From Eledone cirrhosa (lineage: Eukaryota), in the NCBI GenBank assembly GCA_964016885.1, contig OZ024740.1, positions 269,328,001 to 269,392,000 on the forward strand: DNA of 64,000 nucleotides, written 5' to 3'. The notes beneath the pieces were generated by a model. That model was not told where the DNA came from. It was given only the letters and a program-made list of their open reading frames with translations, and ran no database searches. Below are positions 12,529-24,971 of this stretch, one piece after another. A program made the position numbers and the translations under genes. Within the stretch, counting starts at the first letter, position 1. Every line of letters starts with the position of its first letter.

Positions 12529-13039
12529 CTAGCAGAAAACCGCCCCCCGGGTGGTTTTCTGTTGGTATATATATATATTACACACACAGAAATGTATATA
12601 TATTTCTGTGTGTATATATATATATATATTACACACACAGAAATGTATATATATTTCTGTGTGTATATATATATATTTCTGTGTGTGTATATATATATAT
12701 ATATATTACACACACACAGAAATGTATATATGTTTCTGTAGCACTCCTCAATTCCCCCCTCTCCCCCTCCCGCTATCCCCCTCTTGTAGTCTGTCTCTTT
12801 CTTTCACTCTCACTCTCTCTCTACGCGTGCGCAAAAAACATTCGCACGCGCCCACGTGTTTTAGCGTCTATTCACTCTCTCCCTCTCGCTATCCCCCTCT
12901 CATAGTCTGTCTCTTTCTTTCACTCTCACTCTCTCTCTCTACGTGTGCGCAAAAAACATTCGCACGAGCGCACGTGTTTCCACTGTCGGACAGACAGATA
13001 GACAAACAGAGAAATTGCTGGTTATATATTATAAGGAGA
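12529..13039 (-). mobile_element. Putative non-autonomous Helitron, head-to-tail with the previous unit
   Basis: Minus strand starts A^TCTCCTTATAATATATAACC..GTCTATCTGTCTGTC. Ends with hairpin cagaaaaccaccc/gggcggttttctgCTAG directly abutting the TC of the next unit. Internal (TA/CA) and about 110-bp tandem repeats. Confidence 0.65.
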
Positions 13040-13327
13040 TTATTATTATTATTTGTTGGCCTTGTGCCAAAAGTAGAAACAATTATTATTTGTTTGTTAA
13101 AATCTGTTCATAGGAGTGGTACTAACTGAAACCATAAGGACGTAGTTGAAATTATTAAAGAATTATGTTAATAATCCCGCCGAGGTTGACTTTGCCTTTC
13201 ATCCTTACGGGGTCGATAAAATAAAGTACCAGTAATGCACTGGCCTTGTGCCTAAAGTAGAAACAATTATAATTATAACTTATAATTATAATGATTACTG
13301 TCAAGGTTATTTATAATAGGTATAATA

Positions 13328-13510
13328 AGGTGGTGGATTGGCATTATTAGTAGAGGGTCTGACGCCATGCTTCGGAGTATAGAGTTACGACCCTTTACGT
13401 TCTGAGTTCAAATCACTCTGGGGTTAACTTTGCCTTTCATCCTTATGGGGTCGATAAAATAAAGCACCAGTAATGCACTGTGATAATTGCTGGCCTTGTG
13501 CCAAAAGCAA
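13328..13510 (+). mobile_element. tRNA-derived SINE with Meta/MESC-type central domain
   Basis: Degenerate A box and B box (gagttcaaatc) followed by ggttaactttgcctttcatccttayggggtcgataaaataaagtaccag. Other copies at 13172-13272(+), 19890-20077(-), 28060-28178(-), 38138-38330(+), 40585-40785(-), 58870-59110(+). Confidence 0.75.
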
Positions 13511-14871
13511 AAACAAAATGGCCTAAGACAGAACAACAGAGAGACACCAAATAAAAACCCAGTCACTGAGGAGGTCATAGAATGTGTGACAAAAGAGCTT
13601 TGACAATATATAAACAACCAACTCGAAATTTATAATAAATTGAAGTGAACACCAACAGGTACATGTGTTTTTATTGGCAGCATGACCCTCCCAAAGTATA
13701 ACAATATTATTATTATTATTATTACTTATTTTTTTTATTAGTACTATTATTATAATCTTTCTTTATTAACTTCACCATATTTATAAATTAGCTTCCTAAT
13801 CATCATCATCATTATTATTATTATTGCAACAATGGGTCCACTGCATTATATTCTGAAAGTTATTATAATTATAATGATGACTATTATCATTATGGATATA
13901 ATTATTCATATAATTCTTTACTAATTTCAACTAAATCCTTATAGTTCCAGTTACTACCACTCCTATGAACAGATTTTAACATACAAATAATAAAAATTAT
14001 AATTATTTACTCATTTGTTTGCTTCTTTATTTGACCAAAACTAGTCATGCTTATAAAAAAGATTCTCTTTAGAATTACCCCCATCTTCCCTCAGTCTACA
14101 CAAATAAACCCTGCCTTCATCAGTCCCCTCTCAGGTACCACTAGCTTTCCATGCTTCTTCTCCTTTCCTTCTTCATCCCTAACCCAGTCTTTCTCTCCCT
14201 CCACCAATCCTCATTAATCAAGTGACTTTCCTCATTTCCTTCCCTTTCCTTCTTCTCATCTACCACCACTAGAGTTTCTTTGTTTGTTTAGAAAAACATG
14301 CAAAGCAATAGGGTTAAATTACCAAGGGGAATTGAGATAGAAAGCAAAATAAAGGAAAGGAAGAATGACTGTAAGTTATCATAGCAATTTGATATTCCCA
14401 CATATCTCAGACTAACCATCCATTACCAAGGAGAGGTCCATGGAGGGATGGGGCTTTGGAGAAAAAAAAAAACCTAGATTTTTCTTTCTGGTAGTCATTC
14501 ATTTTTATCTTGACTTTTCAGTTTCATATTCCACACTGCTTCAAGCAAACTATTCCACCCTACCCCATCCCCCCATTCCATCCAACAGTCCAAACTGTAA
14601 AGTGGCCATGTAAGGCTCCCAGTCCACACTGTAACTGTGGTTTCTGTTAGGAAGGGCAGCTGTAAAAATCCTGCCAGAGACACTTCCGTGCGAGTGAGAC
14701 AGTCTACCGACCATTCCCACATCAAATGGAACAAAACCGTCTAACCCATGTAGTATGGAAGATGGACATTAAACGATGATGATATTTATCAAATTAAAAA
14801 ATGGAGTTAAAGACTCACGTTAGTCTCCAATAATTTAATGAGCTCAAGGATTATATTGCGGGCTCTTTATA

Positions 14872-15230
14872 AATCAGTATATAGAGAGAAGTACATAAAG
14901 AGGTGTGTGTTTAATTATAGGGGATAGAAAACCACCAGAGTGAAGAACATATTGTCTATGAAAGGAAAAGAAAATACATATAGATTAAAATAATAAATCA
15001 AAATGTACTAACGATCTAATAATAACTATTACACCTGGGCATGCTCTAATCAGTGTATGTTTCACCACAAAAAGTGTAGATTCCATATTGTAGAGGGCTT
15101 GTCAACAGGTGGACTAAAATATGGTCCATACTTCTAAAAATATATCAGATAACTAAAATAATGTACATGGTTCTCTATCCCCTATGATTGAACACATACC
15201 TCTTTGTGTATTTCTCTCTATATACTGATA
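14872..15230. repeat. Element with about 62-bp imperfect terminal inverted repeats
   Basis: atcagtatatagagagaagtacataaagaggtgtgtgtttaattataggggatagaaaacca (14872-14935) pairs with 15168-15230. Confidence 0.7.
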
Positions 15231-15231
15231 A

Positions 15232-15400
15232 AATAGGAACAAGTAGGACCCCGACGGCTGAGCTCAAGCCGTTTCGACGGCTAATTCTGGACTGAATCAT
15301 CGAAACGGCTTGAGCCTATTACCCACTCTACTACCCTAAGTATTGAGTACTTTGGTGCATTATGGTCCATCTGGTTCCGTACCACATTTCCTTTGTTATA
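15232..15400 (+). mobile_element. Short half-hammerhead element, copy 2 (right arm partly deleted)
   Basis: Matches 45885-46075 with two internal deletions in the second hairpin arm. Confidence 0.75.
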
Positions 15401-15424
15401 TACTGATATATATATATATATACA

Positions 15425-15548
15425 TAATGTTTAATATAGAAATGGCTTCTACAGGACTAAAACCGTTTCATTCAACATGGCTTTCCTGATGATTTCCTTC
15501 GAATGAAACAGTTCTAGTCCTGCAGAGCTATTTCTGTATTAAACATTG
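15425..15548. repeat. Imperfect about 50-bp hairpin whose loop contains CTGATGA (degenerate HHR-derived fold-back)
   Basis: Arms 15425-15475 and 15498-15548. Plus strand reads ctttc CTGATGA tttccttcgaat GAAA cagttctag TC; proximal stem I is unpaired. Confidence 0.5.
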
Positions 15549-15586
15549 TATACTCTACATTGTATGGAGTACCTTACTTACTGTGG

Positions 15587-15950
15587 TTACCCCCAATTGA
15601 CCCTGGGATACACACACTCAGAGCAGGAAACCACCAATTGCAGGTTGAGGCAGACAGTCTCCACAGACACGCCCAGTGAGGCATCATCCAAGTACCAAAT
15701 GTTGAAGGGGACCAGGATATTCTGAGCAATGTTGTCTATACCAAGAGCAAAGAGGAGGGAGCCCAACAAGTTACCCTGTTGAACTCCAGTGGCTGAGGTA
15801 TGATCGTGTCAGCAGCAAGGAGCAGACTTGGGGTTTCATAGGGCAGGTAGGCCAACGAGTAGGCAGAGGAAGCTTGGCTGAGGCAGGCCACACACAGTTG
15901 GTCATGACATAAGTAGTTGAAGGCGTTCCTCAAGTCAGGCTTGGCAACAT
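15587..15950 (-). mobile_element. CRE-like non-LTR retrotransposon RT fragment (frameshifted)
   Basis: DLRNAFN ... GVQQG.LLGSLLFALGID..FNIWYLDD motifs across ORFs 15736..15990 and 15587..15769. Confidence 0.7.
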
Positions 15951-16009
15951 GTGGTAGTGTGTAAAGAACGTGTACACTCATTGTGTACACGTTCTTTACA
16001 CACTACCAC
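15951..16009. repeat. Perfect 27-bp-stem hairpin at the truncation point of the CRE fragment
   Basis: gtggtagtgtgtaaagaacgtgtacac-tcatt-gtgtacacgttctttacacactaccac. Confidence 0.9.
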
Positions 16010-16432
16010 TGAGTAGTGAGCGTTGTTACTCTGGAGTTCTCTGGAGTTTTGTCTGTTTATCACACACACACATACATATATATATATGCATATACACAAG
16101 TGGTCCTGTAGGTGTCATGGCAAAAAGTACCCAGCCCACATTGTAAAGTGGTCATGTAGGCATCATGACAAAAGTACCCAGTACTCACTGTAAATGAGGT
16201 TGGCAGTAGAAAGGGAATCCAGCTGTAGAAAACAAGCCAAAATCGGTTCTATATGACCTAACATTGCTCACAACAGGAAAACTCGTCTAACTCATACCAC
16301 CATGGAAAAATGGATGTTAAATGGTAATGATGATGATATACTGACATATACTTATATACATATATTCATCTTATGTATATATGCTCTTCGTGTTAACTTC
16401 CCTCCTCACTCCCTCTCGGAGTTCCTCTCTAC

Positions 16433-16468
16433 TTTCCTGATGAAGGACTTAAGCCTGAAACGTCAAAA
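16433..16468 (+). ncRNA. Minimal PLE-type hammerhead ribozyme
   Basis: tttc CTGATGA agg-acttaag-cct GAAACGTC aaaa. Canonical minimal GAAACGUC; first stem-I pair mismatched. Confidence 0.65.
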
Positions 16469-16554
16469 CCTCCCCCACTCCCACCAAGCGTGAAGCTAAT
16501 AACACTATGTACTACCGACACCTGCGTTTGTTTGTTTGTCCTTTTGAAATATAC

Positions 16555-16609
<55 letters not shown>

Positions 16610-16636
16610 CACACACACACACACACATTATATATA

Positions 16637-18351
16637 CAGGGTGCGGACGATATTTGTTCGCAGGATTACTGTAGTTTTATTATTTGTTCGCAGGATTACA
16701 GTAGTTTTATTTTTTAAGATATATTTATCAAACTTGGGTCAGTTTGTCTTCATGACTTGTTCTTTCGATCTCACTCGATAAACCCGCCATTGGCTTTGAT
16801 GACGGCCTCAAGGCGGCCTTGGAACCGGCTACAGGCCTTGGTCACTGTCCCCCTACATAGGCCCCTAAAGGCACTTGTGATCCTGGCCTTCAGATCGTCT
16901 TTCATATTGCAGCTAGATCTGATGGTGTCTCGTTCCACTGCGCCCTACACAACGAAGTCGAGGGGGTTGCAGTCAGGCGAGCTGGGAGACCAGATGTCAG
17001 GTGAAGTGTGGTTGACGAAGTTCTCTGACAGCCAGGCTTGGGTCTTTCGGCTGGTATAGCAGGGCGCTGAGTCTTGCTGCCACACGTATGGCCTACCTGC
17101 AGCTACCTGGTCGAACCAGGCTTTTACTACCTCGCTCAGAACGCAGATGTAGTCATCGGTGTTCAGCTTGAGGCCCTCAGGGAAGAAGTGAGGTGGCATG
17201 ACGTCACCTTCACTGCTGACGACACCTAAGACCAATGTTGTTGCTGGAAACTTTGTCTGCATGACTCTGGGCATGTCTTTGGATGAGACAGCGAGCCACC
17301 TGTTGTTCTGGGAGTTGATCTTCTGGTCCTTATTTGTCCTCCCGGTGCGGATTCCAAGAAGAACTCCATATCTCTTCCACAAATTTGGAGGTTCAAAATT
17401 ATTCATAATCAATTATTCTGAAAATAAATAATGGAAATATGATGCTTGTATACGAACAGCAATGCTACAAGGCAGTGAAACATGGGCATTACGTGCAGAG
17501 GATCTGCGCAGACTGGAAAGGAACGAAGCATGCATGCTCCGTTGGATGTGTAATAGTAATATACGTAAACGGCAAAGCATAAATGAACTAAGTGAGAAAT
17601 TAGGAATAAGAAGGATCAGATGCTGTTTACTTGAGAGAAGACTACGTTGGTATGGCCACGTGATGTGCATGAAAGACGACAGCTGTATAAATCAGTGCAG
17701 GGCGATCAAAATTGATGGTAGTTACGGAGTAGGTAGACCCAGAAAAACCTGGGATGATCTGATAAATTCCAACCTCTCAAAGACAATGTCACTGGACTGA
17801 GATCTTTGGCACTACGCAGTAATACAGAAGACCCGCCTTGCTTATGTACAAAGCGAAACCTACAGTCAGTAGGCACCTCTTAACCAAATATACACCACAA
17901 TCCACTACCCCTACCCTATCCTCCCACTCCCACCAACACCACCTTCTCTCTATAAAGTTGGTACCACAATATCCAGTCCAAATAAATGAGATAATGAGAT
18001 CGAGATTGTGTAGGTGTCACGAGAAAAAAACACACAGTCCACGCTGTAATGTGGTTGTGTAGGTAACACGGTAAAAAGTTCCCAGTTCCACACTGTAAAT
18101 GTGGTTGGTGTTAGGAAGGGCATCCAGCTGTAGAAAACCTGCCAGATAGTCCTATACGTGAGAGACACGGTCACGGTCACCCGACCAACCTTGCCTCAAG
18201 TGGGACAACTCCCATCTAACCCATGCTAGCGTGGAAAATGGACGTTAAGCGAAGATGATGATGATGATGATAGTCACTGCTTTTATGAAGACAAGAGTGA
18301 CAACGGAAGTAAAATTAACAGTTGAAAATTGCGAAAAATATCGTCCACACC

Positions 18352-18354
<3 letters not shown>
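16637..18354 (-). mobile_element. Tc1/mariner-superfamily DD37D (maT) transposon, internally deleted, with nested RTE LINE
   Basis: TIRs cagggtgcggacgatattt / aaatatcgtccacaccctg between TA TSDs. Transposase remnant about 16771-17330: WQQDSAP..WSPSSPDCNPLD with 37 residues between the D's; premature stop at 16945. Confidence 0.88.
17437..18272 (+). mobile_element. 5'-truncated RTE LINE nested in the maT element
   Basis: ORF 17462..17800 (LQGSETW..RRLRWYGHV..GRPRKTW), 3' UTR and (GAT)n tail. Confidence 0.9.
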
Positions 18355-18385
<31 letters not shown>

Positions 18386-18389
18386 ACCC

Positions 18390-19150
18390 ATGGGGGCTGT
18401 ACTGGTAAAGCATTTTTCACACACACCTGTACGATATAGAAGCCCGTGTGTAGAGAAACACCAAAATATCAAAAATATTACAAATGAGAAGCAAAACAGC
18501 ACCACTGTCCTTGCACACACCACTCTCACAATTCAGGAAACGCAATTAATAGACTACATGTCCATCACACAATCCACGATGATTCAACACTGGGTGCCTC
18601 GTGAACCATGTTAGAACATCACAGCTTGTCGTTCTCTATTCGATTCTATAGAGCAGGTTGTTTTTGTTGTGAGAGTTGACATTGTATTATATTCCCAAGC
18701 TTTACCAGTACAGCCCCCGTGATGCTCTTGATTGCCTGCTTTGACTGCTTGTTTTACATGTAACAATCTGCCGCACTATAATCTTGTATAAATAGGACAC
18801 GCGTGCATGCCTCACGTGTGACTGTTGCATACACTGGCTACTCCAAACTTTCCTCTTGCTTTATCTTCGAAAACTGCCAATGTTTTATTTTAATTTTAAT
18901 TTTAACTTTGATTTTGTCCTTTAATATGACTGTAATCTTTGTATGTAAATTGCCATGCTATATTATTATAATGGATGTCAACCCACTGTGGGTCAATATA
19001 TACATATGTTTCTATATGTCTCTTGTGTTGAAAAGGAGGTCAAGTATGTAAAAAATCACTGAATAATTGCTCCGAAGACTCCAAACCTCAGTTTGGAAGA
19101 AACAATTGTAAGCAAATAAATGATTTAAACAGAACTTTGATTCATGTAAT
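18390..19150 (+). mobile_element. PLE-type pseudo-LTR (same family as 2192-2818) with a 5' inverted segment
   Basis: 18815-19150 is homologous to 2488-2818. 21-bp inverted repeat at 18391-18411 / 18699-18719. Flanked by (TA)n. Confidence 0.65.
19067..19115 (+). ncRNA. Type-I hammerhead ribozyme-like motif (CCGAAGA core)
   Basis: ttgct CCGAAGA c-tccaaac-ctca-gtttgga-a GAAA caattg TA agcaa. Perfect 5-bp stem I and 7-bp stem II. Confidence 0.72.
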
Positions 19151-19151
19151 T

Positions 19152-19154
<3 letters not shown>

Positions 19155-19203
<49 letters not shown>

Positions 19204-19320
19204 CATATATACATATACACATATATACATACATATATATACACATATATACATACATATATATACACATATATACATACATATATATACACATATATAC
19301 ATACATATATATACACATAT

Positions 19321-19351
<31 letters not shown>

Positions 19352-19531
19352 CATATATACATATATATATATATACATATATACATAGATAGATATATAT
19401 ATATACATACATATATATATATATATATATAGATAGATATATATATATATATACATATATACATACATATATATACATATATACATATATATATACATAC
19501 ATATATATATACATACATATTTATACATACA

Positions 19532-19563
<32 letters not shown>

Positions 19564-19722
19564 CATATATATATACATACATATATATATACATACATAT
19601 ATATATACATACATATATATATATATACATATATAAATACATACATATATATATATATACATATATAAATACATACATATATATATATATACACATACTT
19701 ATATATATACATATATATATAT
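19155..19722. repeat. (TA)n/(TACA)n microsatellite
   Basis: Directly visible. Confidence 0.95.
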
Positions 19723-20164
19723 TATGAAATACTGTTGGCTTCATGCTCACAATAATTTCGATACTTTCATTTATACATATATATATACATGATGGCTGCC
19801 CCCTCGTTATCGAGTATGGCCATTGCACGAGAGAAAAAAAAAAATATATATATATATATATATACATGTATATTAATAACAATAATAATAATTGTTTCTA
19901 CTTTTTGGCAAAAACCCAGCAATTACTCAGTGCATTACTGGTACTTTATTTTATCGACCCCGTAAGGATGAAAGGCAAAGTTAACCTCGGCGGGATTTGA
20001 ACTCAGATCATAAAGGGACGTAACTCTATGCTTCAAAGCATGGTGTCCGACTCTCTACTGATACTGCCAATCCACCGATAACAACAATAATAATAACGAC
20101 AACAACAACAATAATAATTTACATATATACACACACACACACAAACATATCTATACACACGATA

Positions 20165-21163
20165 GCAACAAACAGCGCTGTGATCAAATGTGGCTTTTTA
20201 GCCCAGCCAATGATCTAAAATGTCTTGCACAGAGTCGGCAAGCAAAACATTCACTAGTAATAGCCGGCTGTGGTTGGAGTTCATGTACTTTTGCATGTCG
20301 TATGAGCCCTCCTGCTGATTTACATTCTCTACCACATGCTTGGCAAGCATGATGAGTAGCATCTCCAACAGCAGCCTGGTAGTCAACCACTGGTCTTACT
20401 TTATGACTGCGAAGATGACTTTCGAGTCCAGCTTTGCTTAGGCAGAGTCTCGCACAGATGCTGCATGTCAGCACCATAGGAGGACCCTCGCTGTTTGGAA
20501 GTGCAACAGCAATGCTCTTCCTCACATCCCGCTTTACTTCGAGATGCCTCAAAGGCAACTTTTCCCTCATATACAGTCTTTCTCCATTTATTACGATCAG
20601 CAGCAATATTTTCCCATGTATCAGCAGAGATGTTAGCGTCTTTCAAAGAGGCTTTCAAGGAATCCTTATACCTCTTTTTTGGTTTATGTGGCGGTCGTTT
20701 TCCTTTAACCAACTCTCCATAAAAGAGTTGTTTTGGTATTCTAGAATCCTTCATCGTGGCAAGGTCACCACTCCAACGGAGTCGTTGCTTAAGCACAAGA
20801 GCTTCTATACTGTCACGCATAGAGATTTCCAAAATCTCGACATCACTGATGTGGTCCCTCCAATGAACACCATGGATCCGTCAGACACACATCTAATGGA
20901 AACGCTCCAATTGCTTAAGGTGGTTTCAATATGTGACCCAGGTCTCGCAGGCGTAAAGAAGAGAGAAGAGCACACATGCCTTGTACACCTTTAACTTTGT
21001 CTTCTTGCATATGTCTCGCCAACCCCAGAGTCGCCTTTCCAGCTTTCCGAAAGCATCACTTGCTTTCCTAATCCTAAGTGAGATTTCACTGTCAAGGTTG
21101 CTGTATTGATTGACAATGCTTCCTAGGTAGACAAACTGATCAACCACTCCAAGTCGTTTACCA
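20165..21163 (-). mobile_element. 5'-truncated BovB-like RTE LINE with C-terminal C2H2 zinc fingers
   Basis: [61 protein letters not shown], then CxxC..S.AGL.SH fingers; frameshifted. A related finger fragment lies at about 35860-36070(+). Confidence 0.88.
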
Positions 21164-21168
21164 TACAC

Positions 21169-21221
<53 letters not shown>

Positions 21222-21407
21222 CATATATACATACATACATACATATATATATATACATATATGTACATACATCTATATGTATACATATATATACACATAC
21301 ATATGTATACATATATATACACATACATATGTATACATATATATATATATATACATATATATATACACATACATATGTATACATATATATATATACACAC
21401 CTATACA

Positions 21408-21438
<31 letters not shown>

Positions 21439-21595
21439 ATACATATATATACACATATATATACATATATATACACATATATACAAATACATACATATAT
21501 ATACATATATACATATATATATACATATGTAGAAGTTATATTTAAATTGTTGGGAAACAACAAGCAAATATTTTTATAACTGATATAAAACACTA

Positions 21596-21660
21596 TATTT
21601 TATCTGATGGAAGCGCACCATAATTTGACTTGGTGTCCTTGAAATATGTATAATGAAATA
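21596..21660 (+). ncRNA. Hammerhead-like motif (A9G core variant)
   Basis: tattttat CTGATGG aag-c-gcacca..tggtgt-c-ctt GAAA tatgta TA atgaaata. Stems I and II pair. Confidence 0.55.
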
Positions 21661-21701
21661 AATATGGTTTTATAAATATAGTTTCCATTTGTTAATATAT
21701 C

Positions 21702-21742
<41 letters not shown>

Positions 21743-21863
21743 GGAGGTGAGTTTTGTTGTAGTACAATAAAGCAATGCAGATATCGGATAAGAAGCACTC
21801 TACAGTTTGTAGGACTGGAGTATACATAATATAAGATCAAAAGATGGTTAAAGGAGTTCCATG

Positions 21864-21934
21864 TATTTTATTATGCGCATTTCAAAAACAAACATCATCA
21901 TGCAATAATATTTGTGTTTTCATCAGATAAAACA
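21864..21934 (-). ncRNA. Type-I hammerhead ribozyme (PLE pLTR)
   Basis: Inverted copy of 24901-24971. Confidence 0.8.
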
Positions 21935-22897
21935 GGAGAACATGATATGAAGGCTAAAAAACACTTGTGGATAGTGCAGTTTTAAATCAACATATGAAAA
22001 GTGGTTTTAGATTGATGTGTGATATTGGGAAAAATATTTTATTTAGAGAGGGGGGGTGGAAAGGATGAAAAAGGGGAGGAGATGAGAGGGAGAGATGGGT
22101 GATAGAGAGAAAGAAAGAGATAGTTTTTATAACTGAGAGGAGATATAATGTTTTACATAGAGAGGTTGAAAACCGTTGGAAGATAATGTATAAATTAAAA
22201 ATTTGAAATTAACGAAGGGAGGATATGTGCGAGGAAAGAATATTTTATTTATGGAGGGGGGGGGGCGGAAAGGATGAAAAAAGGGGGAGGAGATGAGAGT
22301 GAAGGTGGAGAGGGAGAGATGGGTGATAGAGAGAAAGAGATAGTTTTTATAACTGAGAAAAAGATATATTGTTTTACATAAATTAAAGGAATTTGAAAAT
22401 TAACGAAGGGAATTTATGTATGAAGATAGAGAGAAAAAATAATAATTGTGGATGAATATTCTAACGTCAAAAAAAGTGTGTGTTGATAAGTATTGTGGCA
22501 ATTTCAAAATTAACGAAGAGAAAAATTATTAAGGTTTGTATATTGAAGGAATTGATAATATATGCGAATAAAGAGTTAATGTATTAAGAATGAGTTCGTT
22601 GATGGGGAGAAAAAAAAAAAAAAAAAAAAAAAATTAAGGATGAAATTGAGATTAAAAAGATTTATGATAGAGAGAAAAAATAATAATGATTGCGGATGAA
22701 TATTCTAACGTCAAAAAAATAAATGTATATGTTATGAAGGATTTTACAAGGTGAAGATAGAATGAGGGTAATGAGTAAACAAGTATTATAGAGTGTATAA
22801 TGCCCTTTAAAGTAAGGTGGGAAGATGGGTATATTTTAAAGAGGTGTATGTATATGTGCCTTTGAGAAAAGATTCTAAATTGATAAAGAATTGAATA

Positions 22898-23955
22898 TTA
22901 ACTGTATACTTTGTGAAAAGTCCTATGGAATTTATGGAGGCAGATAGAAAATAAATCTGTACGTCTATTTATTATAGAATCTAGGTTAGAGATAATGGTA
23001 AATTTTTCATTTAGGCAGAGATTACAGATTTTAGATAGAGAGCTGTTCAAGTATGAGGATGCAGAAGAAACCTTCTTCCAAAAGATGGTATATTTAATGT
23101 TTTTGTCTTTTAAGGACCATATGAGTTCTGAGAGAGCAGTGTTGGTTCCTTTAAGTTTGTATTTGAAAGATGAATGATGATTATAGAGACGAGCTTTAAA
23201 AGAGGTGGAAGTGGAGCCAAAATAGGTGAAGGAATTGGTGCTAGTTATAATTTTACATTCATAAATTAAGTTCTTATCGAGACAATGGTTGTTGAGAGGA
23301 CATTTATTTTTAATGCGGCAGTTGCAATTAGAGAGATTATTAATGAGTGACCTAGTGTTATCTATAGAAGGAATTGGATTGGAGAAGTTGTTTGCGATAG
23401 GAATAATAGGAATAATAGTTTCTTGATTTAGAGTTGGATTATGAACATTTAGCGAAGTTGTGTTTGACGTTGTATTTGTGTTTACAGAAGTTAGCCTAGG
23501 GTTTACAATGAGGTCGGGAGTACTATTACTGTTATTATGAAATTCAATGTTGGAAGGAAGAGATTTAGTATTTAGTATTTTATTGTTGTGTTTAGAGATG
23601 ATGTTGGAAATATTGGAGGATGTAGAATAAGAAAATTTGATGGTGTGTTTGTTAAATATTTTACTATAGATATGTGAGGGAGGGAAGCATTTATTTAAGG
23701 CACTAAAAAATAATTTAGGAATATTGTTATTAATAGAGATGGAGAAAGGAGCATTATACCAGATTATGTTTTTGTATCTAGGTCTTTTATTAAAATTATT
23801 GGAATGATCATGATTAATTATTCTACTGTAAGTTTTTCTAGAATTTGTTTCTTTACTATATTTGATTTTATCTGGATAGCCGGCTTTAGAAAGTGCGTTA
23901 TTATAGTAATTGGCGTTAGCATCAAAGATGTTTTTATTAGAGGATATGTTAGATA
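22898..23955 (-). pseudogene. PLE ORF C-terminal half: thumb, Asn-rich linker, GIY-YIG endonuclease (no start codon, so absent from the ORF track)
   Basis: Manual translation: YNNALSKAGY..IIWYNAPFS..CFPPSHIYSKIFNKHTIKFSYS..CNCRIKNKCPLNNHCLDKNLIYEC..TYFGSTSTSFKARLYNHHSSF..TALSELIW..CNLCLNEK..CLHK..*. Confidence 0.9.
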
Positions 23956-23989
23956 TATTCTTTTTCCAATATTACTAACTATAGCATTC

Positions 23990-24268
23990 TTGGTGGAATT
24001 TATCGTGACGATGGACTCTTTACTATCCTAAATTGCAATATAGTTAACCTTAATATTATTAAGAACAATATACGTAATCTCTTTAACCAACATAACCTAA
24101 AAATTGAATTTGATAATAGTATCAAACTAGCTAATTTCTTGGATGTATCTCTTAATCTTGACACTGGCCTATATTACCCTTACCATAAAAACAATGAGAA
24201 CCTAAATTATGTTAACTTTAAATCTAACCATCCTACCAATATCAAGAATGCTATAGTTAGTAATATTT
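23990..24268 (+). pseudogene. PLE reverse transcriptase segment in inverted orientation
   Basis: GGIYRDDGL..NFLDVSLNL..YYPYHKNN..YVNFKSNHPTNIKNAIVSNI. The last about 25 nt overlap with the start of the minus-strand ORF. Confidence 0.9.
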
Positions 24269-24900
24269 AACTTCACATTATTTTTCTCAAATCCTTCTAC
24301 ACACAAACCTTAATAATTTTTCTCTTCGTTAATTTTGAAATTGCCACAATACTTATCAACACACACTTTTTTTGACGTTAGAATATTCATCCACAATTAT
24401 TATTTTTTCTCTCTATCTTCATACATAAATTCCCTTCGTTAATTTTCAAATTCCTTTAATTTATGTAAAACAATATATCTTTTTCTCAGTTATAAAAACT
24501 ATCTCTTTCTCTCTATCACCCATCTCTCCCTCTCCACCTTCACTCTCATCTCCTCCCCCTTTTTTCATCCTTTCCCCCCCCCTCCATAAATAAAATATTC
24601 TTTCCTCGCACATATCCTCCCTTCGTTACTTTCAAATTTTTAATTTATACATTATCTTCCAACGGTTTTCAACCTCTCTATGTAAAACAATATATCTCCT
24701 CTCAGTTATAAAAACTATCTCTTTCTTTCTCCCTATCACCTATCTCTCCCTCTCATCTCCCCTTTTTCATCCTTTCCACCCCCCCTCTCTAAATAAAATA
24801 TTTTTCCCAATATCACACATCAATCTAAAACCACTTTTCATATGTTGATTTAAAACTGCACTATCCACAAGTGTTTTTTAGCCTTCATATCATGTTCTCC

Positions 24901-24971
24901 TGTTTTATCTGATGAAAACACAAATATTATTGCATGATGATGTTTGTTTTTGAAATGCGCATAATAAAATA
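24901..24971 (+). ncRNA. Type-I hammerhead ribozyme (PLE pLTR)
   Basis: tgttttat CTGATGA [aaacacaaatattatt-gcat-gatgatgtttgttttt] GAAA tgcgca TA ataaaata. Palindromic stem III. Confidence 0.82.

Noticed and set aside
13560-13650. CTGAGGA..GAAA possible hammerhead
   Set aside because: Stem I cannot form.
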